DNA of 63,973 bases, counting the filler, from Intoshia linei (taxonomy: Eukaryota > Animalia > Orthonectida), in the NCBI GenBank assembly GCA_001642005.1. It is 4 parts of 4 records of this genome, joined end to end, with 100 filler letters (N's around TTAATTAATTAA, not from the genome) between each part and the next. Parts side by side here need not be neighbours in the genome. Positions count along the whole stretch, not along the records: positions 1 to 20,576 come from LWCA01000681.1; 3 more parts are not named here. One strand, given 5' to 3'. Positions 1 to 14,725 of the stretch are shown here, one piece after another (position 1 is the stretch's first letter; every line of letters starts with the position of its first letter). The translations under genes were made by a program, and so were the position numbers. The notes beneath the pieces are model-generated. The model worked only from the letters and a program-made list of their open reading frames with translations. It was not told where the DNA came from and did no database searches.

Positions 1-106
1 TTAATTTTTTATTATATTTTTATTATTATATTATATTTTTATTTCTATAGAGTATTTATGTATTTATTATATTTATATATATTTATATGAATGTAAAAAA
101 ATATAC

Positions 107-3100
107 CAAGTTTGTTCACTACTAGAACCAATTGGGCAATATTTACCGAGGCCACAGATTCCACCCATTACGGTATCTATTGATATTATTATTTAAATTT
201 AAATTACTCATCAAAATAATTCAAAAAAAGAATATTTAATAATAATATAAAAACCAGTCGGATTAGGAATATTTGAACCAGATAAACAGAAATAACCAGC
301 GTAGCATTTTTTTGTAGCAGTAGTACTGCCCAAAACATCACAGTATTTTCCAGAGTCACACGCTTTACAATCAACCGTTTTATCGGATCCACCCGTTTGA
401 CTGCGATATGTTCCTTCTGGACAGGGTATCGGGGTATCAGTACCTTTTGCACTAGAATATATCAATTATAAATTACTATTATCATATTATAGTAGATAGC
501 TCAACCTATTGTGGATGTTTCTATATATATATTTTTACATACATTTATATGTTCACTGTTATTTTTTTCATTCTAAGATGAATATTTTCATTTAACAATA
601 TGTTCAATAAATTTGAAAAATTGGTTTGATAATTAGAGTAACCAAAAGTTGCAAAAACAAAGATATTTGATTTGATTTTATGGTTATAAAAATTATTATA
701 AAATATTATAAGGAGTATTAGATACATTGTATATTGTATACATGTGTATATTAAATGAAATTTTTGACAGGCAATGTGCGGATTAATGAGGTTGAAATAT
801 TTTCCATATATCAATTAGAATAAACTCTATCTGAATAATATATTAAATTTATATTTAATGTTGATGTATTCATTTTTCTAAATACAGGGTAGTTTGGGTT
901 TTGACTGTTAAGATGCAAATTTTTGATGTGTATTTTATGTTATTTGCTGCTCCGTAAAAAAACTGAATTACAATTTGTGTTTTCAAAATAAATCGTTTAA
1001 GACGCACATGCATTTATTGTGTATTAATCAACGTTTGCTTTATATACATATTAAGTAAGCATTTATGTCAGTACACTTCAAAAAAAAAATAAAAAAATTT
1101 AATAAATCTGTAACATATACTATATACATTTGTAACTTACCAAATATATCCAGCAGGACAAATTCCTCCTTTGGATGAAGATGTATCAGATGATGGATTT
1201 GGTATGGAATTACCTAAAAACATAATGATAATAAAAAATATAAAATAAATACAATATTAACAACAACAGACTAACAAGATTTAACCAAAAATATTAAATA
1301 CCATATACACAGTAATATCCTTTATCACATTCATAAATTCCATAGTTTAAAGTCACTATATCAAATTTTGTTAAACCAGGTTTAGAACAATAGTATTTTG
1401 CATGACACGACATGCAAAGTGAAGCTGATGTTAGACCTAAATTTTTAATTATTATCATACATTACTATTACTATATAAAGTAATACCTAACGAAGGATTA
1501 TAAGTACCAACGGGACACAGAGGTATACTTGATCCTGTACCAGACGGACAATATTTACCCTAAATGTAATATAATAAATATGATAACCAAAAAATATATT
1601 AATTAACATAATTGTAATATAATTGTTAATAAACTTATTAAATATTATTTTATTCATAAAAACAATAAAAATGTTAAATAATATGATATTAATAGTTACA
1701 TACACATGTATTACACAATATCATAATATCATAAAAAATATTATAACCTTTGGACAAATGACGGGATCAGCCCCACTAATGCAATAATACCCAGCATAAC
1801 AGGTTAAACATGCCGATGAAGCCACATTATTTTGATATTTGCCGTCTGCACAATTTGAAGGAGTTACTAAAATTGACAAATAAGCAATATTACCCGGAAG
1901 AATTGTCAGTTTTAGTGACATTTTAATTAACACATTCATTTAATGAATTATTAAATATTAAGTACCTGTTCCAGCGACACAAAATGTATTCTTTGGGCAA
2001 GGACCTCCAGTGACACCATCTTCCGGTTTACTTTTTTTTGCTTTTGAAGTGCAAAAATAGCCAGAGCTACAAGATCTAAACATTTTATAGTATGAGTGGC
2101 ATAAAAAATTAATAGTCAATACTCAAAATTGACCATAAAAAATGTTTAGAATCGTGTGAGACAATATTATGAGACATGTTGGAAAGTCTGGTATTAAATA
2201 TAAAGATTAAATACCCTGCAATTTGAAACATTCCTAAGCTATCACAGTATTTACCAGCATCGCAGTTCTTACAATTTGAAATTATTGTATTACTATCTGT
2301 AGAACTATATGTTCCAATTGGACATGGATTTTCCATGTAATTTCTTGTTCCACTTGGACAGTAGTGACTAATAATAATATGATTTATAAATAAAATATTT
2401 TCATGATCAATATTTATACATTTAATCAGCGTTTCCCTACTGGTGGACCAGAAATGATTATCTGATTTGTATTTTTTTTTAATTTTAAAACTATCAAATT
2501 GCCCATTTTTCAGATAATAAAATTAATTTTAAATTAATTTAGCTTGTGTGTTGCACCATTTTTTATGATTAATAATTTCATCACATAATAAGTATCAAAT
2601 TTTAAAAACCCCTTAAGACATTTATTTCCATTTTGACCAGTTGGGGCATCCGATTGAGCACCAGTCGTACAATAATATCCAGGTTGACAATCTAGATTTG
2701 GCGCCGATAGACCTGTAACGCTACAAGCTTTTCCAGCGGTACATTTTGAACAATGCGTTAGATCGAATCTTTCAATGTCACCCAAAAAAGTTCCTTTTGG
2801 ACAATCGATTGGAGAACTAGATGCCTCTGGAGAATATTTTCCCATTTGGCTTTTTATAGGAGTTATAGTTTTTACAGTTGGGCAATAGTAACCTATCAAT
2901 AAGTGTATTATAATAATTATCAATATCACAAGAATAAAGGATGTTTAACATTAATATACCTTTAGTACATTTTATGCAGTTTTCTCCCATTTTTTCTGGT
3001 TGATAATACCCTTTAAATACAATTTAATTCAATTTGAATTGCATTTACATTATAAAATGTACATTATGCATTTTATGAAATTTATATTGTTATACAAACC

Positions 3101-6100
3101 TGAAGGGCATGGTGTCTGTCTGAATGATCCAGCTATAGAAAAATGACCAGCCTCTGTTTCGTGTTGATTTGGTATTGCAGAACCACCAGTACAAAAGAAT
3201 CCTAATATATACAATGTAAGCCATCAATATGATTATATAGACAGTGTATATGTAATTTATATAATAATAAAAATTTACCGGCAGCACAATCTTTAAGCGG
3301 GCTACCACCAGCGCCTGACCCAGTGCTATATTTTCCTAAATTAATAGTAAATTATTTCTAAATTCAAAAGACCTGGTTGTGCAGGGATACAATCGAATTT
3401 AGTTTTTGCTCCAGCATTAACAACATACTTTCCAGGAGAACACGAAGTGGGCGCAGCAGTTCCAGGTGTACAATAAAATCCTATTATGATAAATAATTTT
3501 AAAATTTCAGATAAATTGTACCAGCTGGGCATATTGTTCCAGTAACAGTTTCATACGGAGCTGATGAAAAAGCTGCAAGTTTGCATATCTAAATAATTGT
3601 ACAAAATATGTGTTTGAAAAGTTAACATTATTTCGAAAAAATTCTAAATAATAGCAAAAAAACGTGCGTTATTAAAATTTTAACATTTTGGAAGCAGAAT
3701 TCAGTTGAAATTTTACATGTGAATGTCTATAAACGTTATTTTAAATTTTAAAATTTCAGAAATTTATTTTGTTGGTCAGAATATTATATATGTATAATTA
3801 CATATCCTGCATCACAGATATCGGTAGGTTGATTTAATCCTACACCAGCACCTAAAATATAATTTCATGTAAATTTATAAATGTATTACAATATTTTCCT
3901 CCGGGACATTTAACACACTGGTCCATTCGAACGAGTCCAATCGAACTAAAATTAAAGATACATTAATATAAAAAATAATTTACTTGGAATATGTTCCAAT
4001 TGGACAAGGTTGAGCAAATCGTGAATTTGCAGGACAGAAATGGCCAATTTTACAATCCTTGAATATTTCGAGACCTACAGTGTCACAATATTTGCCTGAT
4101 GGACATGGCTGGCAGTCTTGAAAAGAGGTAGCTCCAGTCATTGATCGGTAAGTTCCTATATTAGATTAAATTGATTAGATAATGTATTTTCATTCAAATA
4201 TGGAAATAACTTAAATTTGCGGTGGTTGGATATTGTAAAAACATTTTCAGTCACACTCAAAATCTTATCATTAAAATAATTTTTTCGACAATCGTCATGA
4301 TATACTACCCTTATCTATCTGAAAAATTTTTGAACGATTTTTTACATGATTTTGGAGAACCCTAATATATGAAGTTGTGGAAACCCCGCCATAAAAAATA
4401 GAAATGAACCAGATATTTTATGTGACTGATATATTGTAATTATTTTTAAATTATTAGTAACTATTTTATTTAATTTAATCACCTTGGGGACAAGCATAGG
4501 TTTTACAATTTCCAGTTTTTTCAGGGCTAAATATACAATTATAATATCTCTTAGAATAGTAGAATAAAAGTAAATTAAAATACAAATACGACTTGTGTAG
4601 CAATCAAATTACAAATGTAGTCGTAAAGTTTTGTATTTACCAATAATATCCTTTAACGCATTTCGTATTAGGTGATATCATTCCCATCGTTGGACAACAA
4701 CTGCCTGCTTTACAAGATTTACATTCTTCTACCTAATATATAATAATTTCAAATATAGATATAAAGCGTACAGCTTTCAACCCGGTAACATCTGAATAAG
4801 TTCCAATTGGACACGGTATTGGTTTAGTATTTATTGTACCCTTTGGACAATAATACCCAATAGTACACGTGTTTTGTAATAAATTTGGAATATAAGCTAA
4901 TCCAGACGGACAAATCATTCCAGAAGGACAAATGTTTGTATCATACATCATTGAAAAAGTTGTGCCATATTTGTCGCAATAACGTCCCTCTATACAAGAA
5001 CTACACGATCCTAACCCTTCTCTTGAATATGTGCCTACATAATATAAATATTATAGAAACTGACAACAAAATTATTATTAATAAATTTAAACAGATTAAA
5101 TTTAAATTTTCATTGATATTTATCTACATTTCAAATTACCTGGTGCACAGATTTGAGGGTTAGTAGTTCCAATGGGGCAATAATAACCAGCTGTACATTT
5201 TAAACAATCTGATATTGTTTTTCCTAATCGGTTTGGATTGTATGTACCAATACTACATTTTTTTGGTACGGTCGATGCTTTGACACAATAATTTCCGACG
5301 GGGCATGATTTACATTGGTTGCACGATTCTAACTCACTTGTACTGGAATATGTTCCTAAATAAAAATGAATAAATTCCAGTATTTTCTTGCAAAAATAAG
5401 CTAAAGAAGTCAAGTGTTCGGACCATAATCTACCGTAACAGATACCCTCTTTGGTAGCAAAATTTTTGACAACATTTTTGTAAAACGGTGTTCCATTACT
5501 CCAAAATAAATATTTTATAAAAATAAAAAATTTAGCATATCATGTTGAGGAGATGTTGATGCTAGGGGTTGTATAGCACTACCAATCATTTTCGAAAAAT
5601 ATTAGAGTCCTATTTTTGATTAAGGGTCCAGCATATTACGTTTGGCTCTGAAAATGTTAATAATACATTTAGAATGTACAATACTTTTTTAGAATAGCAA
5701 AAAAGTGAAGCCTTACTGAAGTTAATCTTAATTAATATTAATTAATTTAATATATTTAATTAATTTAATATTCGAGTTTATATGTATTAAAAATTTAGAA
5801 GTATTTGACTGATCATGGGAAACTCAAAAAATTTTATTTTTATTCACTAGTTTATTACATTTTAATGTAAATATTATCTTAAATTCTATTTTTATATTAC
5901 TTCAGCTGATCTATGTATTATAATTAGACTATACCTGCTAAACATGGATTGTCCAATCCATGTTTTGTGCTAAATGGACAACAGTATCCTTTTGGGCATG
6001 GTAATGGTGTTTTTGTGCCGATTGGGCAATATTTCCCTCTTGGACATTGATAGCAATCCGTAGCTGAAATCAAATTTATTCTATCTGACCAAGTTCCAGC

Positions 6101-9100
6101 CAGACATTTCAAATTAAAAGACTGGGAGGTACCCGCGGGACCTAAATTATGTAATACTCTCTAAATTGTTTACAATATTAAAATCTATAAAACGATGATT
6201 AAAATCTTCTATTGAATTTTAATATACAATTTAATTTACAAAAATTATGAGTGAAAATTTACAATATGAAGCAATAGAACAAGGTAACGGACGCACTGAA
6301 CCTCCTGTTCCAATAGAACAGGATTTACCAGCAGGACAAGCCACACAGTCTGATAACTGTGTTTTACCGAAACTATCATTTATTGTTCCTGCCGGACACG
6401 GATAACTTTTCAAATCCTGTGTACCTAAAATTAAATTTAATAAATACTACAATATAATAAAAAATATGTGATTACCCAAGGGACAATAATGGCCTTGTGG
6501 ACACGAAGCATTAGGTGTTTCTAAACCGTCTTTATTACAAATTTTTCCCGTTGTACACGTCACACAAGCAGACAATTGTGTTGATCCAAGAACGTTATTA
6601 TAAGTTCCTTTTGGACATGGAATTGGAAAGGGAGATGCTAGGGTGCAGTAGTAACCTAAATATATTTAATGAAATCATATATTCAGTCCAAAATTACCTT
6701 TAGGACAATCAATACAATCTGCTACAGATGTGGATCCAGCCTTTTGAGTATATTTTCCTGCAATACATTGAACTGGGGCTAACGTACCTGCCAGACAATA
6801 GCTACCCACTGGACAAGTACCTGTATTGAAATTGTTAGTTATATCACTGATATCCTCATTAAAATACTAGAATAGCCTAGTCACTAGTTCCCAGTTTCTT
6901 TAAAAAGTTTTATTGTGAATATTTTTAAACCTAGATGTCATTGAAAGTCTTATATACAGATTTCATATCATAGGTTCCCTTTATATAAATAAAGATATAA
7001 TTTTTTTAGGATTTTAAGTCAATTTTTTAAATATTTGTAGGTTAAGTTTGCTAGATTCAGAATACATTTTAGTGTTATAAATTAATTTATTTTTATTATA
7101 CTTTTCAAAATATACTTCATTATTTTATATTATAAAATATTGACAAATATTACAAGTCGAACAATCTTGAGATGATGTGGCTTCCAGGCAATACCTTCCA
7201 GCATTGCATGGTTTACAATCAGTTGATAATTTGGCATTGTATAAATCTTGATATTTTCCTTTTCCACATTTGATGCCTTTAATTTCTTGGGTGCCAGTTG
7301 GGCAATAATGACCGGGTAAACTATTTTATATTATAAAAAAAAATGTACAAATTTATAATCCAAATAAACATTATTATATTATAGTATATATAAAATTAAT
7401 AAAGTCTTGGCTTTCAAATTTTGGAGACATTTAATCGACGAAAAAGAAAAATTAAAAATTTGAAAATAATTTATTTTTTATTTAATTATGGGAATGAAAG
7501 CTAAAATTTTGGAAAACCCTAATATAATTTAACATATTTTAAAATTTAAGCATTTAAAAATATATTTCGATAATCATCAAATTATAAAAATGTACTGATG
7601 TCATATTCACTTGAAAATATTATTTTTTACCACATTAATTATTTATCAATCAATATTAAATAGCACCATCTCTTAAAAAATTGGAAACTATTTAAAATCA
7701 TGTATCATTATTCTTGTAATATTATTATCATTTTTCATAATGGCATTAATCATAATAATGAATTAATTAATTTAATTAATTCAAATCCCTCCCAAATGTG
7801 ACACTTTTGAGAGTCAGCACTTTAATACATAATAACCTACAAATGTAAATACTTAAATTTAATTTATATATACCAATCAGCTGGGTATACGGTTGCTTCT
7901 AAGTAATGATTTAATTAGAAATGCATATTAAGATATTTAAACTAAATATTACCTAAACAATAATACCCACTAGGGCAAGTAGCACAGCCATCTACTTCAC
8001 TCGTAGCACCGTGTTTTTGTCCGTATGTACCCGCCGGACATGGAATTATAGTTCCACCATTAGAACAATAAAAACCTATATTAACATTATGACATGAATA
8101 ATAATATAATAATACAAAATTGATTTTGAGATAAACTATAATTTTATTTTTCGATGGGGTTTTCCATTTTTTATAAATATCATGCTTAGTCATCATTCCT
8201 ACTTAACTTTTCACTAATTTGTATCAAAAAATATAGACAAGTTGTAAAATTAAATTGTGTCCATTCATTGTCACATAAAGTATACTTTGAGCAAGCGGCT
8301 CATTAATTTTTTATTTTTCCATTTTTGTACCTAATTTGTAATGACAAGTTTTTTTCAAAATTCAAAAAACATTCAGAAAATAAATATCCATAATGCATAC
8401 TCTACTATTTCAATAATTATAAATAATGATATATTTGAATGTCGTTCAATTAAAATGAAATGTTTACCTTTCATACATAAAGCTTTAGTTGGATTAAGTT
8501 TTATAGTTCCTGCGGGACAATAATACCCTAAAATGAAAAATTAAAACTAACCACTACTATTCATTATATCATCAAATATAATGATACCAGCTTGGCATGA
8601 AGAACATGCTGTGGCTCCTTGAGTTGAAGCATACTTTCCAATTGAGCATATTTGAATTATTGTAATTAAATCCACAGAAAAAAATCCGTAATCAGATTTA
8701 TCGCATTGTGTTTTTCTTCCAAAAGAGTAGGTTCCAGACGGGCAATCTACTGGATCGTCTTTTGGGGTAGAACAAAATTTACCTAAATTTTATTACATTT
8801 CACTTATATAATATTAGTCATATAATGTTATTTTTTTAGTCTTACATTTAATAAATAGATTATTAGTAAATAATAAAATATTAAAAGTTTATATATTGCA
8901 TCAAATGTTATTTATAATTTACCAACAGGGCAGTTTTGGTATATTATAGAATTTGTTGGACAGTATTGACCATTTATACACGTTTTTATTTCTCTTTGGT
9001 TTATATTGGGACAATAGCTTCCTAAATTTGCAATTTATAGCTTTTTAAGAAATTATCATGTAATTTCTATCTATCTATTTAAATTGGATATATCTACCTG

Positions 9101-12100
9101 CAGGGCAATCTATACATGTAGCTCCTCCTACATTCTCTTCCATATATTTACCATCCGTGCACTGTACCAGAGAACCAGTATTTGTACATGTTTTTCCGGT
9201 AGGGCAACTAATTTGATAAATACATTATATGTATGGTAGAATATATAATAACGAGACGATAATTTGAATTTTTAAACATTTTATACGTCTCTCGCAACCC
9301 TAAAAATGAAAAAATGACGATCCTCGTGAAATATTAAAATTATTGTCAACTAGGGTGTGGGTTTCTCGTTTCTAACGTGCACGTACGTTGTAAGTACATA
9401 AAATAATTACGGTAAACATGCGATGTATCCAATTAACGAATAACTTCCAGCAATGCAACTTAATTTCTGAGTTGTAGTTGGACAATAAAATCCTGCTTCA
9501 CAATTAGTGCACTTAGACGTTAAACCAAGGGAATACTGTCCAGGTTTACATGCCACTCTTGTACTAGCCGTACATTCATATCCTAAAAATATTTTAGAAA
9601 AAAAATTTTAAATTTATGTACAATGACATAATTTTTCCATTTGTTCTACCCACTTAGCTAATTTTACTTGGATTACTTTTACATTTTTTTAAATTTGTCA
9701 AATTAAATTTTTTTTGTTTTAAAATTAGCGTAATATTGGTTATTGAGTTGGAACATTATCAAATTTAAACCATTAAATAAAAATATATATCAATAATTTA
9801 CCAAGTTCGCAAGCCGTACATATTGACAATTTTTCCTCAACTGCATAATAACCACTGGCGCAATCTTTCGAAACAAATTGGGCTTCCAAATCGACATATT
9901 TACCAATTTCAGCATTTAAACAAAAATTTCTCCCAGTAACATCATTATATGTCCCTAATAAAATCGTCATACATGTATGATGATATATTTATATTTTCTC
10001 CATTACAGCTACATGTATATTTATATAAATAATTTACCTTTTGGGCATTTAATGTTGATTGCCGCAGTAACTGGGCAATAATACCCCTTTGGACAAATTG
10101 TACATGTAATTGAATTAACAGCCGAGTAATAACCCAATGGGCACACCTTTTTAAAAGATTTTCCGATACATTCATAACCCGCTGGACATTTTTCACAAAA
10201 AGCCATCTCGTTCGTTGAATATTCATCGGCTGCACAAGCTAAGGATGACGCACTAAAAATTAAAATAAAAGAGTTAATATATTATTATATATAATATATA
10301 ATTCTGAGAAATTGAAAAAAGTAATATTTTAATTAGGCTTTTATTACTTTCTAATCAATATAAAATGTAATGAATGTACCAGCGTTTGAGAAAATTATCA
10401 TTTTTCGGTTGGTTAAAAAATTATTACAATATATTAATAAGTAATTAGTAAGTAATAACAATTAATATCCGTTTTATTTTAACTTAAATTTACGTGGTAG
10501 ATGAACATGTGAATCCAGGAGAGCATGGAGTGCATTTGCTTTGGCCACTGAGACCATTCGTATGAAATCCAGTTGAACACGTTATTTTTGAGTACCCATC
10601 GCAAGCACTACCAATAGGACATATTGTACATAACATTTCATATAATTCACTATATTGGCCATTTGTACATTTAGTTATCAATGTATTTGTACACGCATAT
10701 CCCTTTATACATGGCAGGCATATCGTGTCACTCTATGATTTGTATAAATTAAGACTTTATTCATTAAAAATAATTTCATTGTTTCGAAATACGCAAAACG
10801 GTGAAAATAGTTTCCAGATATTATATAAATATGGGTCAGTCAAACTTTTTTTACTCTAGGCGTACTGAAAAAATGGAAAGGAAAAAATTTTTACGAAAAT
10901 CTATTCTGTATTTATTTAAAATTGAAAAATACTATACTATCTAAAAAATTTCAAAATAAATCTGGTACATATATATAATTATATACAGTATTATATAAGG
11001 ACATATTTACTCAAAAGGTCACCAAAATTATTATGTAGGCCACTAGTTAACGATTCCTGTCCTAATGGGTATATATCAATATAATATTTTATAAATAGGG
11101 CAGTGATGGCAACCAAAGAAAATACGGTTTGTTCATTTTGACATTATAAGCAAAGATTGTTTTCTGGTTTATTTTCTAACATAAAAATAGATATCGGTCC
11201 CTCCAATTGTCAAAAAAATAAAGTTTGTTTACTCAAGGAATCTATTTTATCTTATTATTAATCTTATTAAATTTTGTTTTTATAATAAATTTATTTAAAT
11301 TAAAGTGTATATTTTTTGAACTCTGTTAAAAAAACTTTGTTTAACACGTAAACACAACTTTTCCATAAATGATATAGGGCAGGGGTGCCCAAACTTTTTT
11401 TGATGCGATCGATTAATACAGTGGTTACAGAGTCGTTTTAAGGCATGGGCAATATGGGATGTAACCCAGGACCACTCATTAAAAAAGGCCCCAAATTTAT
11501 TAAAAAATACTTCACATTTATATTATAAGAAACAGTTTATAAGTTTTGAAGTGTGGGAATTAAAATAGCTAGAAAGAAAATAATTTAAAGTTTTTGTAAA
11601 ATAAATAAAAGTTACTAGATACCTACATAATATTTTTTATGTTTTTATTAATATTCAATAAAATAAGACTCTAAGTCTTTAAGCAACAGTATCCCTGTCT
11701 TCTAAAAAGGGGCCCTAAAATTTTTTTATCGTTTCGCTCAAATCTTTAAAGGGCCTCCGGCCCTTTGTGTAGCCCAGAGCCACGAAGTGGCTTTAGACGG
11801 CTTTGATTGGTTCCCAAAATGGTCCACAAGAAACATTTTAAATAAAATTAAGATAACCTTATTTTTTAACAATAATATTAAATTGGAATATTATTAAATA
11901 TCAATCATTTATTATTATTATGAGAGAACGTAAACATCATTTAATCCAAATGAAGTGAAAATTTAGTGCATAACGTGAATAATTTTGACGTGCATTAAAT
12001 TTAATCTATGTAACGATTTAACTTAGTTCGATTGTACAATTTAATACTAATTCCCAGAACCGAACCTAGCAAGCTCGTCGTCACTCCAAAAATGAAAAAT

Positions 12101-14725
12101 AGCCCCTTAAAAAATTTTATAAACGAATTATAATGTCATATAACCCTATCCACCTTTCTAAGACTCTTGAGTTGACATTTTAAAAAAAATTTTGTCAAGA
12201 TCTTTCGGTGGAAAGTTCTCACATACAGTAGATTCGGCATTGGTACTTCGCCATAAGTATGTTTGAAATTAATAATTTTTTTAATTACGCCATTAAAACT
12301 ACCATGTCAAAATTAATGTAAACTTTTCGATGTAAGAAGGAATATATTAAAAAAATAAAAATACTACTTTAGTGACGTGTTCAGGATTAAGGAAATTTTT
12401 TTAAAAAATTATGTGGTCCACATTTTTTTGAGACGAGTGGTCCATGGTGGAAAAAGTTTGGGAACCACTGGACTAATACATTGACTAGAAACATTTTTCT
12501 CATTTGTACCTATTTCAAAAAAATCGCCTTGCGGAATCCAATAAAAAATGTTAATCTAAATATTTAAAGTGTAATCGTCGAAAACATAAAATTTAAAATT
12601 CGAAATAATTTTAAGCACTTTCGCTGTATATTTGAAAATTATCGGCAAAACCTAGTTTAAGAAATAGTGGACTAATTATATCATTGGTCAATTAAACATA
12701 TAATTGGGCATCCATGATATAGGGAATTAAATATTTTTTGAAAAAAATAAAATACCTGAAAACTATAATGCCCTAAAGGGCATGCTACTGGTGATAAACT
12801 TTGATGACAACTAAATCCTTTTTGACATATCGTACAATCTTTACTTCCACTAGCAGAATAATATCCAATGGGACAAATAATAGGCTGAGCAGATTTTGTT
12901 GGACATTTATAGCCTGCACTGCATACAACACATTCAAGTGTCTAATTTAAATTTATTAATTTACGCATTTCTATTAAAAATAAATTAATCAATCAAAATG
13001 TTACTCTTCCTTCCAAAGAATATTCACCATCCAAGCAATCCGTTGCAGTAGCTGAAGAACATTGCTTCCCTGCTGGGCAATTTAAGCAGTTCAAGCCACT
13101 CGTCACAAACCCTAAATTATAAATTTAGATTATTGGTTGTCTAGATTGTGGTTATAAATTTAAATTTAAAATGAGTCAGCATTAGGCTTGAAATTAATAT
13201 TAAAATTTTTTTCATTTTTCAAAAATATGGCTACTTGGGCTTTTGTCTGTAAAGACGCAAAAGTCTTAAATAGAAATTTATCATTTTTTCGTGCCGATAA
13301 AACTAATCTTTTCATAAAATTTTTGGAAATTAATTATTTAAATTGTTAATATTTTTTATTCTAATGAAAAGAAATTTGAAAATAAAAAATAATAAAAAGT
13401 AACTTTTTTTTTCATCGTTAAGGCGTTAATTTCAGGTTTCATTTTTTTTAAATTTATTATCTTAACATATATATAATATGCTACGCAATTTTTATTTGTG
13501 TGTGTATTACGCTTTATTTAAATAACTACCCGTCATAGAATTTTATAAAGTTTACATTTCAATTACAGTTTTTTTCGGGGTGTTCGCAAACTAAATTTCA
13601 ACCTCCCAATTTCACATCTTACGGGTCAAAAACCCAAGTTATTCCTCTTTTTGAAAATCAAACGAGTTGGAGAATTTAAAAAAATATTTACGCTGATACG
13701 GATTTTAAAATCATAAACATTACCATAATTTTAAATTTAAAAAAATGATATCTTCAGGACCAGAACCCCAAATTACCCTTCTTTTTTTAATGAAAGCAGC
13801 CCTAGAATTTCAATAAATTTACAGGTTGTACAGTTGTATCCTGTTAACATACACAGAAAATTGCAATCCGAATAAGTGACGACTTCACGGTCAAAAAAGC
13901 ATTTTAGTATTCATATATTTTTTTCTCGAAATATTTTATTAAAACAAAAAATGTGAAATAATTAACTGTCCGAAAATTTAAAAAAAAAGATTTTTCTGAT
14001 AGAGCTTATTCCAGTTGATATAAACACAAAAGTTCAACCCGAGAAATCAATGCATTCCTGATGAAAAATAATTTTTAATATATTATTAACTAATATTTTT
14101 CAAATATTTCGTTTAAAATAAAAATTGAAAATGTAAATATTGTTTCTACAATTTCAAAAAAAATGTGCAGTGAACATCTACACGTTTCCAATAAAGAAAT
14201 AATGGTGAAACTCTATATAATTCATTCCTTCGAAATTTTTTTCATTGCTACGCAATTTTTAAATTTTTATTTTAACACATTTTGAATAAAATTTAAATAG
14301 AAACTAAACAACGAAACTAAAACAACTGAATTTATTTAAATTTATTTATTATATTATATTATAAATTTATATACAAATTTGTTAAGTGAATTTATTTTTT
14401 GGGTATAATAAAAATGTGCTTCGGCAAAGCTAGGTGTTGTTTGTAGTTTTATATAAATATAATTATTATAGCTTTTTAGAAAACAATTTAAATAACGTAT
14501 AAACGTTTTTTTACTTTTTTTGAACTGAACTGATCATAAATGGGCCACATATTCAATCCGATAATTTTATGTTATTATAAAATTGATAATGTACCTTTTG
14601 GACATGCACCATAGACATATAAAATTTCTAAAATGAGTGTGAAATGGAAATACTAATGAATGTTTGTAATTTTTACCGGTATATAGTAATAATAAGAATA
14701 AAACGGAATTTCTTTTATTTTTCAT
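107..14725 (-). CDS. Giant secreted cysteine-rich repeat protein (GCC2/GCC3, Ephrin_rec_like-type CPxGxYC repeats); ~40 exons in window, 3' part continues off the left edge
   Basis: ATG at 14725 gives the signal-peptide-like MKNKRNSVLFLLLLLYTEILYVYG-ACPKG (exons 14725-14677, 14627-14595, then 13111-13005). About 40 GT-AG exons splice in frame by hand, all made of CPxGxYC / CxxCxxGxYC units. Hand estimate is ~1,700 aa in the window. Many minus-strand ORF-track fragments are these exons. Confidence 0.9.
10830..11059. mobile_element. Degenerate hAT-type MITE (same family as 17669, 24195, 28421, 45227)
   Basis: Shares the internal block ACATATTTACTCAAA-GG-CACCAAAATTATTATG and the end GGCCACT-GTT--CGA-TCCTG with the other copies. 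Confidence 0.55.
11419..12470. mobile_element. hAT (Buster/Charlie-like) MITE, middle layer
   Basis: TIR CAGTGGTT(CCCAAA) / TTTGGGAACCACTG; TSD GATTAATA / GACTAATA. Confidence 0.8.
11428..11805. mobile_element. TIR MITE (probably hAT), inner layer, inserted in the left TIR of the middle element
   Basis: Ends CAGAGTCGTTTTAAGG / CTTTAGACGGCTTTG. The flanks AGTGGTTA / ATTGGTTC reconstruct an 8-bp TSD AGTGGTTC taken from the host TIR. Confidence 0.7.
13460..14446 (+). mobile_element. Non-autonomous Helitron-like element (family copy in intron 2 of the Cys-rich gene)
   Basis: 5' A|TCTTAACATATATATAATATGCT. The body is the inverted homologue of 41635-42408 and 32575-33126. The 3' end carries TCGGCAAAGCTAGGTG plus a truncated hairpin like the one at 19165-19217. 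Confidence 0.65.

Larger units (their letters stand above)
11380..12716. mobile_element. hAT MITE, outer layer of a triple nest
   Basis: Ends CAGGGGTGCCCAA / TTGGGCATCCATG, with a perfect 8-bp TSD ATATAGGG (11372-11379, 12717-12724). Confidence 0.8.

Noticed and set aside
501-521. Apparent AG..GT-bounded micro-exon in the Cys-repeat gene
   Set aside because: The flanking exons join in frame directly (TG|T GCA), so there is no need or evidence for it.
545-814. AT-rich ORF-track entries here and at 14644, 16974, 22260, 32738, 41606, 43759, 46512, 52159, 55186
   Set aside because: These are low-complexity I/F/K/N/Y-rich chance ORFs in introns, repeats or antisense to real exons.
107-14725. Non-canonical (AT-AC or GC-AG) introns in the Cys-repeat gene
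   Set aside because: Every junction traced can be explained by GT-AG.
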